From IMG/VR virus record IMGVR_UViG_3300027710_000010, positions 1 through 53,762 of that record: 53,762 nucleotides of DNA; one strand, 5' to 3'. The first letter of the stretch is position 1; each line of letters begins with the position of its first letter. Both the position numbers and the translations under genes were made by a program. The notes under the pieces were generated by a model. It ran no database searches. It saw nothing but the letters and a program-made list of their open reading frames with translations, and was not told the DNA's origin. This stretch comes from a virus. Its lineage: Duplodnaviria > Heunggongvirae > Uroviricota > Caudoviricetes. Positions 17,866 through 29,490 of the stretch are shown one piece after another.

Positions 17866-19320
17866 TTAATTTAGGTCATCCCAAGTTGCGCCATTGTAGC
17901 CCGAAAACTTGCTAGTTCCAGTAAGGAAAACCATCATTCCAGCCTCTGGGCTAATGCTTAGACCGGTAAAATATGCATCTCGAGCAGTTGCATCAGCATA
18001 AGATGCGAGTTTAAACGGCACTAAACTTGATACTTTAGATCCAGTAAGTTCTAATTTAGTACCAACAGTTCCAGCAGAGTTGGAGACAAATAGATCTAAT
18101 TTTCCAGGAATAATATTTGATCCAACAGTGCCAATAACGCTTGCTAAGATTCCTGAACTAGCACGATAAGCAACACCATCATACCCAGAGAATACAAGTT
18201 GTTGTATCTGGTCGCCTGTCTGAACAATTTGTTGGGATAATATGTTACCCCTGCTTCTAGCAAAAGAAACGCCACCGGTCAACACAGCAGTTGAATGTGA
18301 TTCTAATATGTTAAGCGGCAATGATGTAGGAGACGAGGCAGCTACTAAAATAGTACCGCTACCACTTGCACCGCCTTGCCCTGCACTATAAATTGTTAAG
18401 CCAGTACTGTTTACGTTACCGACAACATCTAAAATACCTGACCCGTTTGGGTTAATTAAAATACTTTCATTACTGTTTAAAGTTGTAATGTTATTTTGAA
18501 AAACTCTAATTGACCCAGTGTTTAACTCACCATTTACTATTCCTGAAACATCGCCGACCAAGTCTCCAGTAAATATTGTACTAGTAACTCCAGCTAATCC
18601 AGATAATACTGTAGTCGAGTCACCAAGTGCAAGAACATCTGATCCAATAGTTATCGAACTATTAGCTAACATTGTATTAGTTACCGAGCCAACGTCAGTA
18701 GTATAAACACCGTTAGTTACTGTGGCTGCACTGCCTGAAATATTTCCAGATATCTTACTGCCTGCTAGACTAGTGATCCAGCTAGGGTCGTTATATGAAG
18801 CACTGGTATAAACACCGTTTGTTACTGATCCAGCATTGCCGCTTACGTTGCCAGTTACTGATCCTGTTAAGTTGCCAGTGATTGTTCCACTAACATCTAA
18901 TGCCCCAGTAATAACAACTTTGCCAGTACCTGACGGATCAATGTTGATGTTTTCGTTACTGTTAAGTCCTAGTATATTATTTTGTGTTAATCTAATAGAC
19001 CCGTTATTAATCTCATCAAATTGTGCTGCCGCGTTAATTGTTATGGCGTTCGTGCCACTGTTTGTGGTGATAGTTATATTATCACCGGCAATTAATGTTA
19101 GTAGTTCATTTGCTCCTGTTGAGTAAACAGTATCCTGTCCCCCAACTGCAACTGATCCAAAATATCCGGCACTGTTACCGCCAGTAGTAATTCCATCTCC
19201 GATGAATAATTTTTTACTATCAGTTGTATATAATAACTCGCCCTGTGCCGGAACAGGGGTAGCTACACCATTCATTAACGATCTTTCGTTATTGGTACCG
19301 CGTCTAATTTGTAATGCCAT
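17866..19320 (-). CDS. Tail fibre/virion protein with Mtd-N-like N-terminus
   Basis: MALQIRRGT...QGELLYTTDSKKLFIGDG; Gly/Thr/Ser-rich repeats. Confidence 0.65.
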   Translation of the reverse strand: MALQIRRGTNNERSLMNGVATPVPAQGELLYTTDSKKLFIGDGITTGGNSAGYFGSVAVGGQDTVYSTGANELLTLIAGDNITITTNSGTNAITINAAAQFDEINNGSIRLTQNNILGLNSNENINIDPSGTGKVVITGALDVSGTITGNLTGSVTGNVSGNAGSVTNGVYTSASYNDPSWITSLAGSKISGNISGSAATVTNGVYTTDVGSVTNTMLANSSITIGSDVLALGDSTTVLSGLAGVTSTIFTGDLVGDVSGIVNGELNTGSIRVFQNNITTLNSNESILINPNGSGILDVVGNVNSTGLTIYSAGQGGASGSGTILVAASSPTSLPLNILESHSTAVLTGGVSFARSRGNILSQQIVQTGDQIQQLVFSGYDGVAYRASSGILASVIGTVGSNIIPGKLDLFVSNSAGTVGTKLELTGSKVSSLVPFKLASYADATARDAYFTGLSISPEAGMMVFLTGTSKFSGYNGATWDDLN

Positions 19321-19336
19321 TATCTTCCCCTAATCC

Positions 19337-19789
19337 TTAAATGAAGTTTCCAAAATCAACGCCAAACATTGGGCTAGTAAATGATCCATAATCAATATTA
19401 CCCAATGATGCCGCTAACTCTCTTATGTCTATGCCGTATACTGTTGCTTGTATGTCACCAGTACCAACAATGTTATGTCCGTTTAAATCCAAGTCCCCAC
19501 CTAATTTAGGACTAGTTTCATCTTCTAAATTGCCCACGCCACCAATAGTAATAGCGTTTCCATCAGAAGTTAATGTAATGTTGTCACCTGCAACAAGGGA
19601 TCTAAACTCAAATATAGTGCCAATTTTTTGTTTAAAAACCTGTTCGCCAGTGCCCAAGTTTGCCCCAGCAGTAACATCCCTGTTATCGAGCAGGCCAAAA
19701 TTATTGTTTACTTTTTCAAATGCTGTGCGGAGATCGTCTCCAGTCCCGTCATTTGAGTAATTACCAATGTTAATTGTTTCTATGGTCAT
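19337..19789 (-). CDS. Baseplate/fibre protein with T4 gp9/gp10-like N-terminal motif
   Basis: INIGNYSNDGTGDDLRTAFEKVN; PKLGGDLDLNG. Confidence 0.6.
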   Translation of the reverse strand: MTIETINIGNYSNDGTGDDLRTAFEKVNNNFGLLDNRDVTAGANLGTGEQVFKQKIGTIFEFRSLVAGDNITLTSDGNAITIGGVGNLEDETSPKLGGDLDLNGHNIVGTGDIQATVYGIDIRELAASLGNIDYGSFTSPMFGVDFGNFI

Positions 19790-19804
19790 AATTGTCTCTT
19801 TTAG

Positions 19805-19812
19805 TATTTACC
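19805..19812 (-). promoter_or_regulatory. T4-late-like promoter GGTAAATA
   Basis: TAAATA 15 nt before ATG 19789. Confidence 0.55.
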
Positions 19813-20433
19813 TTAAACCGTTGTTGGTAATTCTACAGCATATATTCTAATATTTAAATCGTTGTTTATATTAGTTTGTGTTGTTGTAGCTGTGATTTCT
19901 ACCAAGTTTGATATATTGTTTCGACGTACTGCAATAGTAGCTAGGGCAGATGGACTTGTGTAAGTCACCCCGTATACTGATATATCTGGTTCAAGGGTGT
20001 TATTTTGACAAGCTATCATTGCTTCGCAAGTTTGCACATGTCTTAACCCAGTTGGATCACTATCATGATTACTTTCTATTAATATCGTTGCTTTGACTCC
20101 AGCTATACTTGTGTTAGAAAGGGTGTAAATAGTCCCGTCAATAGTGCCTACTGGTAATGTAATACTAGAAGCAGTTGTAATCACTTGGTTGATAGTTACC
20201 TGACTAGTGTCAACAACTCCGACAATTTTACCACCAACTCCGTCAACGAGCATAGTACTGTCATCAGCAAATACACTACCAATGATATCAGTACTAATAA
20301 TAGTACCATCAGTATTGTTGCTTAATAGATTATAGACTTCGGTAAAGTTATTGTTTACCTTTGTAAATGCCGTACGTAACGGATCGCCGTCACCTTTATC
20401 AGCTATCCCAATATTAATTATTTGTTGTGTCAT
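19813..20433 (-). CDS. Baseplate/fibre protein with gp9/gp10-like N-terminal motif
   Basis: INIGIADKGDGDPLRTAFTKVNNNF. Confidence 0.6.
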   Translation of the reverse strand: MTQQIINIGIADKGDGDPLRTAFTKVNNNFTEVYNLLSNNTDGTIISTDIIGSVFADDSTMLVDGVGGKIVGVVDTSQVTINQVITTASSITLPVGTIDGTIYTLSNTSIAGVKATILIESNHDSDPTGLRHVQTCEAMIACQNNTLEPDISVYGVTYTSPSALATIAVRRNNISNLVEITATTTQTNINNDLNIRIYAVELPTTV

Positions 20434-23400
20434 TATAGTCTCCCTACTGCAACTTCAATTATCCCTTTATTAGGATCTAACTTATCAGCAACTGCCTTAC
20501 CAATAATTGTGCCTATTTGTGGATTCATTGCCTTACAAGCATATCCTGGAATAGCCGATGTAGTAATTAAATCACCTTTCTTAATAACACCCAGTACTTT
20601 AATTGGAACACGCCCTTGTAGAGCAACACATGCTCTTAAGCCCTGTAGTTCTTTGTTCATAATATATGCTGGATTTGTTGTAACAACACCAGCAACTCTA
20701 CTGTCATTAGCTAATGTACTTTCTGTTACTTCAGCAGTGCCGCCAAATATTAACACTGTACCTGGTTCATATTCTCGATCGGCACTATAATATTCTGCCA
20801 AGTCAGCGTATGTGGCTTGAAGCTGACCATCTAAGTGCCAATCACCTTGAATATCGCCACGTGTCGCAGCCGCACCAGTAGTGATATTATCAACCTTAAT
20901 TTGACCTAATAGTGCATCAATAATACCAGTTGCTTGCAATGATAATTTACTTGCACCTTGTAGTACCCATGCACCAGTTAACTTACCTGCACCAGCTTCA
21001 CTTCCAGTTGTTATATCGGTAATAGTGGCAGTGCCTGTTAACGTAGTTGTACCGCCAACGGTCAATTTACCTGTCAGAGCATTAGTGCCAATTCCTGTGG
21101 TACTTATGACACCAGAGGCACTTATATCACTAGAACCAGTAATTGTACTATCTACCGTTAAATTATTTTTAACGTTAGTAGTACCAGTAGAATCAGTTCC
21201 AGTAGCTGTCATGAAAGCAAATGGTGCTCCACTCGCTCGTGGGCTATAGAGTTCAACGTGAGTACTTGCAGTATCAATTATCTTATAGCCATCGACCTTA
21301 AGTTGCTTGACGTCGATCTCACCAGCTGAGCCAGTTTTTACAATACTGTCATTACCGCCGTTAGTTGTAATTGAGCTAATTGTATATGTGTTTACATTGT
21401 TTGGCGAAGTGCCTGTAACAGCACTAACTGTTACTAGACCTACAGTATTAAATGCAGTTCTCAACCCTTCTTCAACTATTGTTTGACTAGAAATTTGTCT
21501 TGGATATGTCGCACTGCCTGTAAAGTTGCCAAGTATTGACTTGTTATCTATGTTGGCCAGTTCTGTTTGTGCAACACCGCCATCTTTAATACCTACCCAT
21601 CCGTTCGTAACTTCAAAGTTAGCACTGTCAAAACTTGCAATACCACTACCTGCTTGGATAGTATCTAATAAAATAGCAGTACCTGATCCTGATCCTACAC
21701 CAGTTGCTTGGAATATAACTCCAACTGTATTTGCACTTGCACCAATTGCTGTGAATGATGTATTACCTAATGCTGAAATTCTATATCGTTTGCCTATAAC
21801 AAATGATCCGCCGGATACACTTGTAGCAGTTGGAGTAGTTGAACTAGTAGTTGCCAAAGTCAATGCTAGTTTGCTTTGTGCAATTGCCGCATCTGACTTA
21901 ACATCCAAGTTAATAATAGTGTCAGGGTTGATTTGATAATCAACTTGCGCGGCACTAAGTCCTAAGACCGTTGCACCGATAGCATGTGTCGACGCTGTGC
22001 CGCCATATAGTTTACCACCATTAATTGGCGTCAGTACTGACAGTCTTGTTACTGTGTCGAATCGTTCAATGCCGCCCCCAGTTGTGACTGCGGCGTATTG
22101 GAATATTTCAGTACCAACCTGTATGTAACCAGATGTTGGGAATCCTGCGGCACTAGTAACAACGATTCCCGAATTAACAGATAGTTGTGTTGTTCCAGAA
22201 ATCGCTGTAGTCAGTGTAGTTCTATTTGCGCTGGACAGTGTAGCACTTAGATCACCGCCAACAGTCGCTGTAACTGAATGTGTTGAATTACCTGCAAATG
22301 CTAGTATATCTGCTTGTGCTGGAGTGAACAACGCTACGTCGTTCATCTTATTCAATCTATCAATATTTGCAACAGCACTATCCACATACGTTTTATTTGT
22401 GGCATCGTTGTTGGCAATCGGAGTAGCTACGTTTGTTAGTTTAAAACCGCCAATGTTTAAGTCAGCAGTTGCTGGTAAAATACCTGCACGATCCATAAAG
22501 CCTGGACCAACAGGAGTTAACCCTAAACTTGCTAACGGTACATTTGTCTTGTTTAGACCTAATCTACGATCAATATACACGCCAACAGCATTTTCTGTTG
22601 GAACTGTATCATCGGCCATGTCAATAAATTCGTTGTCATCAGAGAACTCTCTAACTTCTCGACCTGTCTTAAATCCCAAGCCATCCAAGTTAGTAAGTGC
22701 GATACTTGCTGAGAAACTTACACGTCCAGTACCTTGGTCAACTGTGAAGAATCTACCTACACGGAAGAAACCGTTTTGATCTGTTGAGATCCAGAATACA
22801 CGACCTTGTGTTCTTTCGTCAATTTCTTGACTTGTTACTGGAGTACCGCCACGACCATAAATCTTACTTGGGAAGTTAGTTTGGTTATAGCCGCCTGTGC
22901 CCACGTCTAAGAAGTCGTGACCAGTAGCACGACATGTACTAATGTTAACTAGAATTTCTGCATTTTCTTCAGACATTAAACCTGCTCTTAAAGAGAAAGA
23001 GGAATCTGATAAGTTAATGTTTGTTACCGCAGCCACACTAGTTTGCAAACCAGTTAGCACTGGTACAGCATTTTTATTGATATATGTGTCAAACGTTATA
23101 TAACCATAGGCAGCACTCACGCCCATGTCATAATAGTTCCTTACGGTGTGTACTTTACCACTCCAACCAAATTGCATTTGGCCACCATCTGCTAATAATC
23201 TATTAACTTCTGATGTGGTTATACGTGAAATAGCAATTCTTCTATCGCCAATCTTTGATCCTAGACTTGCTCTTGCACCGCTATATTTGAAATATACATT
23301 TCCAGTTACTATTTTTTGTGCTTCATCACTGCCAGTATTGCTATATGTGAATGTACTTGTTCCCGTTACTGTAACAGTTTTGGCAGTCCCGTCATATGTA

Positions 23401-26400
23401 TTATCACTAACGTCAACATCAACGAGGTTGCCAGTGACCAAATCGTGTGGTCTAGCAGTTGTTATAGTAACAGTATTGCCAGATCGTGCCACATAAGTTA
23501 CTGGCATTGAGTCTAACTTTGATGACACTAAAACACTTGCAATACCAACAGCTACTTTACTTCCTTCTGCAACTAATGTGCCAGTTGCATATGAGAACGA
23601 ACTGGTAGTAGGCGTTGCAGTCACTAATACTGCATCAGAATCATAAAGTGGGTCGCTACTACATTGTACAGTTACACGTTCACCCACCTGTAGACCATGT
23701 ACCGCATCTAGCACTACTGTTGCAACCCCACCAACAGTTCTACTAACTGTTGAAATATCTGCATCAATTATGCTAAACTGTTTGACCTGCATTGAAATAT
23801 ATCTGTAGCTTTGGTCAATTTGAATAATGGATTCTTTATTGGGAGTTACGAATCCAGTTGCAGGGGTTGTCGACACAGTCGACCCATTGTTTGTATATTG
23901 GAAAGTGTAATCGTCAACAACAGTTACAGTAGCCTGCGTATTATTAAATGATACATCAGACACATCAATTTCTGCATACTTGTTGGTTTGTAATCCATGA
24001 GGATCTGTTGTAACAACAGTAGCAATATTTGAACCATTTCTTGCTACGGTTGAAACTGCAATTCTTCCACCCTGTTGCATGGCATTACCAACAGAGTCGG
24101 CTGAACTATATCCAATAGCTCTATAAACTGCTGGAGCAGTTACACTAGGATCACCAGTGAACGTCATAGCAGTACTTGGTCTAATTGGATTAGTTTCTGT
24201 TATGTTGTAGAATCTAAATGACTGTAATGCACGGAGAGTAATTAAATCGTTATGTGTTAAGTTTGCAGCCAAACCAGTTGCAGTTGTGTCACTATTGTTG
24301 GCACCTAAGTACACACGAATTAATGTATTTGCGGCAAGTGGTGGACTTTCTAAATCACTTACGTCCTCTGCACGACTAATTTCGTATCTATAAATTCCTA
24401 CAGTTGCACCATGATTAATTTCAAGTTCAGTAATATTTTGTGGAATATAAGAACAATTATATAATACTAACGATGTGTCATTAGTTTCAGCTGTGCTGGC
24501 AAACACCCCGGCTTTATATACCTGAGCAATTTGAACCATGTTGTCTGCAAGTGTAATTGAATCTGGAACTTCTAACGGGTCACCACCTTCAGCAACAAGA
24601 CCATAAACGCCGTGTGCTGTTGAACCGTTTAATGAACGAATTTGTCCGCCATTCTTTGCATAAAACGCCGCATGGCAATAGTAACTGAATACAGATACTG
24701 TTTCAATTAGACCTTTGTTTGTAGCAATAAGTCCGTAGCCTAAGTCGTTTATTTGTGTGAAGTCATTTGACAACATACTAGTATTACCAGCACCAATAAT
24801 TGTTATAGTGTATGGTAAACTAGTCAATACAGAAATTGGAACCGGTGTCGATTGTGAAAGCAATAAGTTGTAAATGGCATATTGCCTTGTTGGAGCCGAA
24901 GTTGTACCATTTACAATTATTTCAGTCAACGTGTCTGTGATAAGAGTTTCGATTCTTGATAGTGAGCCGCTTTCGCCTGGATCTACTAAATTTGTTACTT
25001 GTGCATAGTCACTTTGTAATGGTGTCACTGTAGCATTTGTGACAATATCTAATGCTATTGTTTGGATATAATCAAATGCATCTAAGTAAATGCTTTTTAA
25101 TGTAGGCGAAAGTTGAAATTCTCTACCTACGTAATACATTAGTGCAGTCTCTAGCATCTCACTGTTACCAGTATACAATAGATCGTGTACTAACGCATCA
25201 ACAATATAACCAGTATCTCTAGTAGTCGTAGAAACTTTGTAATTTAATGTTGGATTATCTTGTTCTATTTTTGCAATAACTTGCGCTTTGATAAAATTCT
25301 TATTTTGTTTTAATAATGCAGCCGCATATTTGTAACCACTGCCATCAGCATGTACAGTATCAATTCTAAATCTATTTTCATTTATTTGGAAGAATGCAGG
25401 AGCTAGAGGTTTTCTATCTACGTTTGTAACAATAAGATTATATGCATCTGTTTTTGTAATAACACTGGCAGTTAAGTTGCCAGAAAAGCCGTCAACAAAT
25501 TGTCCGCCTCTAAATGCTTGTTTGTTAACTGATTGTGAGAAACTAGAACTTTGTTGGCAATATGGACTCTTACTTAATACTTGACCAATTGGATCAAGCA
25601 CCATCATAAAGCCTCCATGACCTTGCACACATATTTGTCTAACAATGACACTATCGTTACACAGGAACACATCCATGTCTTTATTATTCTTTGGAGGGTT
25701 GTATATACTTGCAGGATCGGTCTTGTTAATAATTGCTTTAATGGCCGTTATTTGTTCAGAAATTCGAGTATCAGAACCAGTTTCGCCTGCTGGCAGATTT
25801 GTTACCTGCGCTACAATACCACGCTTTGGACTAATAGATGAATTGTCAATAATTTGTTGAGCTAAGGTATTAACGTATTGAATACCTGCAAGTGTTTCAG
25901 TTAATTGTTCTGTGATAGCAACTAATGAATTACCTTGTGAAGTTAACCCTCTAAAGTAAGACTCACCAGAATTTAATACTCCGTCTATTAACCCAGTTTC
26001 TAAATCACCAGACATGTTGTCAACAATGTAACCAACATCACGAGCACACAGAGCTTGATTATAACTTAGTAATGGGTATGTAAAGTTAATATATCTAACA
26101 ACTTCATCTTTAATTAATTCTTTGTTAGCACGTAATAAAGCAGCCGCATTAGGATATGTTATCGTTGTATCTAAAATTAATGTGTTTACGGGTTTATTTG
26201 GATTTTGTAAGTAATGTTTACCGTAAGTTACTGTTTGATAGATGCTCCAATCGCCACTGCCCACACTGGTTAGTGCAGAGAATGGATCATGCATTGTAAC
26301 TGAGAATGTTGATCCGCCACTTACAGCAGAAATAACACCTTCGGCCTTAGGCAATCCGGCACCTTGGTTAGCAACAATGTATGCTCCCACCCATGCTGAA

Positions 26401-28556
26401 TTAGTAACGCCTGAGCCCAATGTTATAGTAATATCACCGTTAAGTTGGCTAGGTGTTATTGTCGTTGCTTCAGCCAAGTCCTGACCAGTATAGTTAGTAG
26501 TTCTCAACCCATCAAAAATTTTGTCTCTGTTAAACGCAATAGTGGCCCATTTAGATTTTGAAACACGGTCTTTAGGACGAACAATAGTCCTACGCATTTC
26601 ATCACCGATGATAGCAGTATTCGCTGGTAAGCGAATCGGCAAATCTTCATAGTAGATGCCACTTTCAATGTTAATAGTGATGTTTAAATCTTTTACTGAT
26701 TCACCAAATTTTAAATTTTCACCTAACTGGAAAGAGCCAGATAGTACATCGACATCTATGTAGTCCTCTCCAGTAGCAGACCCACCGTCTGCTCCGTAGT
26801 AATAAACAATATTTCCTTTGGCGTTTGATGCAGAACCTTGTAATAGTTTTCCAGGAATTATATCTGTATTGTTTGGATTTCCTTGATCAACTTCATTGCC
26901 TGCATTGTTACTAAAATATATTCTAGTATATCCACTTGGAGCTGTAGTAATTTGTGTAACCTCTGAAAGATTAACACCGTTAGCATAAGCAATTACCTGT
27001 TGGTATGGTCCTGGTTCTGGCTCTGCATCTTGGATTAACGATTCAGCATAATCGCAGGCAGCACTTATTGTTTTGAAAGCATATGCTAACGCACGACCTT
27101 CTTTGCCAGGCGGCGTATTTGTTTGTGCATCATCGCCTGTTGTTGCAACAAACAAGTTAATACTACTTGCAAAACTTGAGTTGTCAACATAATATTTTGT
27201 TGCGGCTTGCAAATCATCTGCACCGTTTGGTGTGCCTGACCCTGCTAGAGCACCTGGGTGATCATATAATGTTAATGCTCCAGTCATTGTGTCGCCTTGT
27301 CGACGAACAATAGACTTTCTAGGCATAGCCTCATTGCTTAACCAAAAACCTTCTAACTCAGTATCATAGAATGCATCTGTTATTGAATGTACATCAGTTG
27401 CAGTTATGCTAGTTGATGATACTGTTTGCGAATTAGAAACAATATATGTTCCTGTGCTACCTAATGCACCACCAACAGCAGTACTTGTAAGTTGTTGAAC
27501 GATAGTTGTGCCAGATGTAACTCCGCTACCCGATAGTACTTGACCTAGTTCAAGTGTGCCAGATGCAACAGCAGTAACGGTTAATGTTGTGCCACCGATA
27601 GATCCAGTTACTTGAGTAGCAAGCGGGGCACTGACTGAAATTCTGTTTGTGCCTTCTCTTGCATCATTGAATGTTGGATGGAAACTTAATTGTGCAGAGT
27701 TTACATACTTGAAGTAATAAACCGGACGTGCTGTTCCTGATCCGCTACCCGATGTTGATGCTTCAAATTTTGTTCCAGGTACTGAGCTGGTTGCGCCGAT
27801 AGCTTCCCAGTCTGTGTTACCTGTTGTTTCAATAATGTATGTTCGCCCAGCAATCAATGCAGATGGCGCAACGCTCATATAGATATTTGATGCATTTAGT
27901 CCAGTAGTATTGTAGGTAAATGCAATACCATCAACGCCGCTATCGTAACTATGCCCTGGAATACTGGCATTTCCATCAGAGAATGAGTCGATAGTTTTTG
28001 TATATTCAGCGGCACTTTCTGGCTCATCTCGTAAACGAATTTGTCCAGCACTTGAACCACCTGTTTGTTGAATGTATCTACGATCAGCGTATCCTTTATT
28101 AATAGCAAGATCATCGATAGTTACTGTAGTTCCGCCTGGACCGTGTACTGCATTAAACTGATTAACTGCCAGTGCGCTTGGTTCTGAAATTTTACCAATT
28201 GTAAATCCGTTTGCATTCAAAGGATTAGATAAACTTGGAACTAAGTCGTAGCCAACTGATCCGCCTGTGGCAGAAATTGTTAATCTTGATGGGTCAGTAG
28301 TGTCAATAGTAATACCACTGCCTTCAACTAATTCCCTAGCTAAGATGTTTTCGCCAGTCTCATCCGAAGTTAGTACACTATTTGAGCCGTAATCTACAGG
28401 AGTATCACTTAGGTCTTTGAACTTAATAGTTCCTTCAGACCCAAATATTGCGTACAATTCGTTAAAATTAGCATTAACTTTTCTAAACGATTCGCGGATA
28501 CTATCGCCAGTACCGTCATTACCTTGTACACCAATATCAATTGTTTGTTTTGTCAT
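20433..28556 (-). CDS. Giant virion fibre/appendage protein (~2707 aa) with C-terminal autocleaving intramolecular chaperone domain
   Basis: Start moved to ATG 28556 ([16 protein letters not shown]). gp9/10-like N-terminus; C-terminal YADLAEYY...NPAY...ALQGRVP..KGDL..GKA resembles the Peptidase_G2/IMC domain. Confidence 0.7.
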   Translation of the reverse strand: MTKQTIDIGVQGNDGTGDSIRESFRKVNANFNELYAIFGSEGTIKFKDLSDTPVDYGSNSVLTSDETGENILARELVEGSGITIDTTDPSRLTISATGGSVGYDLVPSLSNPLNANGFTIGKISEPSALAVNQFNAVHGPGGTTVTIDDLAINKGYADRRYIQQTGGSSAGQIRLRDEPESAAEYTKTIDSFSDGNASIPGHSYDSGVDGIAFTYNTTGLNASNIYMSVAPSALIAGRTYIIETTGNTDWEAIGATSSVPGTKFEASTSGSGSGTARPVYYFKYVNSAQLSFHPTFNDAREGTNRISVSAPLATQVTGSIGGTTLTVTAVASGTLELGQVLSGSGVTSGTTIVQQLTSTAVGGALGSTGTYIVSNSQTVSSTSITATDVHSITDAFYDTELEGFWLSNEAMPRKSIVRRQGDTMTGALTLYDHPGALAGSGTPNGADDLQAATKYYVDNSSFASSINLFVATTGDDAQTNTPPGKEGRALAYAFKTISAACDYAESLIQDAEPEPGPYQQVIAYANGVNLSEVTQITTAPSGYTRIYFSNNAGNEVDQGNPNNTDIIPGKLLQGSASNAKGNIVYYYGADGGSATGEDYIDVDVLSGSFQLGENLKFGESVKDLNITINIESGIYYEDLPIRLPANTAIIGDEMRRTIVRPKDRVSKSKWATIAFNRDKIFDGLRTTNYTGQDLAEATTITPSQLNGDITITLGSGVTNSAWVGAYIVANQGAGLPKAEGVISAVSGGSTFSVTMHDPFSALTSVGSGDWSIYQTVTYGKHYLQNPNKPVNTLILDTTITYPNAAALLRANKELIKDEVVRYINFTYPLLSYNQALCARDVGYIVDNMSGDLETGLIDGVLNSGESYFRGLTSQGNSLVAITEQLTETLAGIQYVNTLAQQIIDNSSISPKRGIVAQVTNLPAGETGSDTRISEQITAIKAIINKTDPASIYNPPKNNKDMDVFLCNDSVIVRQICVQGHGGFMMVLDPIGQVLSKSPYCQQSSSFSQSVNKQAFRGGQFVDGFSGNLTASVITKTDAYNLIVTNVDRKPLAPAFFQINENRFRIDTVHADGSGYKYAAALLKQNKNFIKAQVIAKIEQDNPTLNYKVSTTTRDTGYIVDALVHDLLYTGNSEMLETALMYYVGREFQLSPTLKSIYLDAFDYIQTIALDIVTNATVTPLQSDYAQVTNLVDPGESGSLSRIETLITDTLTEIIVNGTTSAPTRQYAIYNLLLSQSTPVPISVLTSLPYTITIIGAGNTSMLSNDFTQINDLGYGLIATNKGLIETVSVFSYYCHAAFYAKNGGQIRSLNGSTAHGVYGLVAEGGDPLEVPDSITLADNMVQIAQVYKAGVFASTAETNDTSLVLYNCSYIPQNITELEINHGATVGIYRYEISRAEDVSDLESPPLAANTLIRVYLGANNSDTTATGLAANLTHNDLITLRALQSFRFYNITETNPIRPSTAMTFTGDPSVTAPAVYRAIGYSSADSVGNAMQQGGRIAVSTVARNGSNIATVVTTDPHGLQTNKYAEIDVSDVSFNNTQATVTVVDDYTFQYTNNGSTVSTTPATGFVTPNKESIIQIDQSYRYISMQVKQFSIIDADISTVSRTVGGVATVVLDAVHGLQVGERVTVQCSSDPLYDSDAVLVTATPTTSSFSYATGTLVAEGSKVAVGIASVLVSSKLDSMPVTYVARSGNTVTITTARPHDLVTGNLVDVDVSDNTYDGTAKTVTVTGTSTFTYSNTGSDEAQKIVTGNVYFKYSGARASLGSKIGDRRIAISRITTSEVNRLLADGGQMQFGWSGKVHTVRNYYDMGVSAAYGYITFDTYINKNAVPVLTGLQTSVAAVTNINLSDSSFSLRAGLMSEENAEILVNISTCRATGHDFLDVGTGGYNQTNFPSKIYGRGGTPVTSQEIDERTQGRVFWISTDQNGFFRVGRFFTVDQGTGRVSFSASIALTNLDGLGFKTGREVREFSDDNEFIDMADDTVPTENAVGVYIDRRLGLNKTNVPLASLGLTPVGPGFMDRAGILPATADLNIGGFKLTNVATPIANNDATNKTYVDSAVANIDRLNKMNDVALFTPAQADILAFAGNSTHSVTATVGGDLSATLSSANRTTLTTAISGTTQLSVNSGIVVTSAAGFPTSGYIQVGTEIFQYAAVTTGGGIERFDTVTRLSVLTPINGGKLYGGTASTHAIGATVLGLSAAQVDYQINPDTIINLDVKSDAAIAQSKLALTLATTSSTTPTATSVSGGSFVIGKRYRISALGNTSFTAIGASANTVGVIFQATGVGSGSGTAILLDTIQAGSGIASFDSANFEVTNGWVGIKDGGVAQTELANIDNKSILGNFTGSATYPRQISSQTIVEEGLRTAFNTVGLVTVSAVTGTSPNNVNTYTISSITTNGGNDSIVKTGSAGEIDVKQLKVDGYKIIDTASTHVELYSPRASGAPFAFMTATGTDSTGTTNVKNNLTVDSTITGSSDISASGVISTTGIGTNALTGKLTVGGTTTLTGTATITDITTGSEAGAGKLTGAWVLQGASKLSLQATGIIDALLGQIKVDNITTGAAATRGDIQGDWHLDGQLQATYADLAEYYSADREYEPGTVLIFGGTAEVTESTLANDSRVAGVVTTNPAYIMNKELQGLRACVALQGRVPIKVLGVIKKGDLITTSAIPGYACKAMNPQIGTIIGKAVADKLDPNKGIIEVAVGRL

Positions 28557-28561
28557 TTTTC

Positions 28562-28885
28562 TTATACTCCGAAGCTGGAACCGCAACCGCATGTCGACGA
28601 TGCGTTGGGATTGTTAATTGTAAAAGAAGCACCCATAAGTTCTTCTTTATAATCTATTTCTGCGCCTGTTAGGTACTGCATACTCATGCTGTCTACTAAC
28701 ACCTTGTATTCATCTAATGGAATCTCGAAATCATCTTCATTGATTTCATCGTCCAGTGTAAATCCGTAACTAAATCCACTACACCCGCCGCCCTGTACAA
28801 AGGTACGCAGTGATATTTTTGGATTGTTTTCTTCAAGGAGAATGTCCTTGATTTTTCTTTTTGCTGATTCAGAGATTGTTATCAT
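28562..28885 (-). CDS. iscA: A-type Fe-S cluster carrier (IscA/ErpA/HesB family)
   Basis: GGGCSGFSY and C-terminal CGCGSSF motifs. Confidence 0.93.
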   Translation of the reverse strand: MITISESAKRKIKDILLEENNPKISLRTFVQGGGCSGFSYGFTLDDEINEDDFEIPLDEYKVLVDSMSMQYLTGAEIDYKEELMGASFTINNPNASSTCGCGSSFGV

Positions 28886-28890
28886 ATTGA

Positions 28891-28927
28891 TATTTATCGA
28901 TACCGTTTTATAATCTTAATGTAAATA
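28891..28927. promoter_or_regulatory. Divergent pair of late-like promoters (GATAAATA minus 28891-98; TGTAAATA plus 28920-27)
   Basis: Each TAAATA is followed by 5 nt and an ATG with no RBS. Confidence 0.55.
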
Positions 28928-28932
28928 GTAAT

Positions 28933-29220
28933 ATGTACATTGGAACTGAATTTAGACTCAATCATTATGTAAGAACCAGCAATGCTGGCAAGGTTCATAC
29001 TTATAGCCGCAAAAAAACAGTTGTGGTTTTTAGGTGTGACTGCTGCCAGGGAGTGTTTAATCGAGACAAAGGGAAAATGGATCCCAAGAGATTAAGCAAT
29101 AATTTTTACCACGTATGTGGTAATTGCGATGCTAAAAAGTTTGCCCAAGAAAAGGGTGTCGAAGCACGTAGGGTTTGGGATATGCCAGTAAGTAGTCTGA
29201 AGACCATAGGACAACTATAA
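28933..29220 (+). CDS. Small zinc-ribbon-like protein
   Basis: CDCC and CGNC cysteine pairs; 95 aa. Confidence 0.7.
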   Translation: MYIGTEFRLNHYVRTSNAGKVHTYSRKKTVVVFRCDCCQGVFNRDKGKMDPKRLSNNFYHVCGNCDAKKFAQEKGVEARRVWDMPVSSLKTIGQL

Positions 29221-29223
29221 ATA
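29216..29223 (+). promoter_or_regulatory. Perfect T4 late promoter TATAAATA
   Basis: Exact T4 gp55 consensus followed by an AAGGAGG RBS and ATG 29245. Confidence 0.75.
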
Positions 29224-29244
29224 ACTCACAAGGAGGAATCCCAC

Positions 29245-29490
29245 ATGTTAGGATTTATTAAAAAGTTATTTGGTGGTAAAACAGAAACTCAGGTCGCTGA
29301 GGTACCATACAAAGTTGAAGTAGCAGAACCCGCACCTGCACCAGTAGTCGAGCCAGTTGCTCAAGCAGTAGTCGAGGTTGTTGCTAAGCCTGCCCCTAAA
29401 AAGGCTCCAGCTAAAGCGCCAGCTAAGAAGCCAGCAGGAGCTAAACCAAAGGGTCCACGCAAACCACGTGCCCCTAGGCAACCTAAGTAA
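29245..29490 (+). CDS. Small protein with basic K/A/P-rich (histone H1-like) tail
   Basis: AKPAPKKAPAKAPAKKPAGAKPKGPRKPR; strong RBS. Confidence 0.75.
   Translation: MLGFIKKLFGGKTETQVAEVPYKVEVAEPAPAPVVEPVAQAVVEVVAKPAPKKAPAKAPAKKPAGAKPKGPRKPRAPRQPK

Noticed and set aside
20422-28617. Numerous short plus-strand ORFs across the fibre and baseplate genes
   Set aside because: Expected shadows of long low-complexity Thr/Ser/Gly-rich genes.
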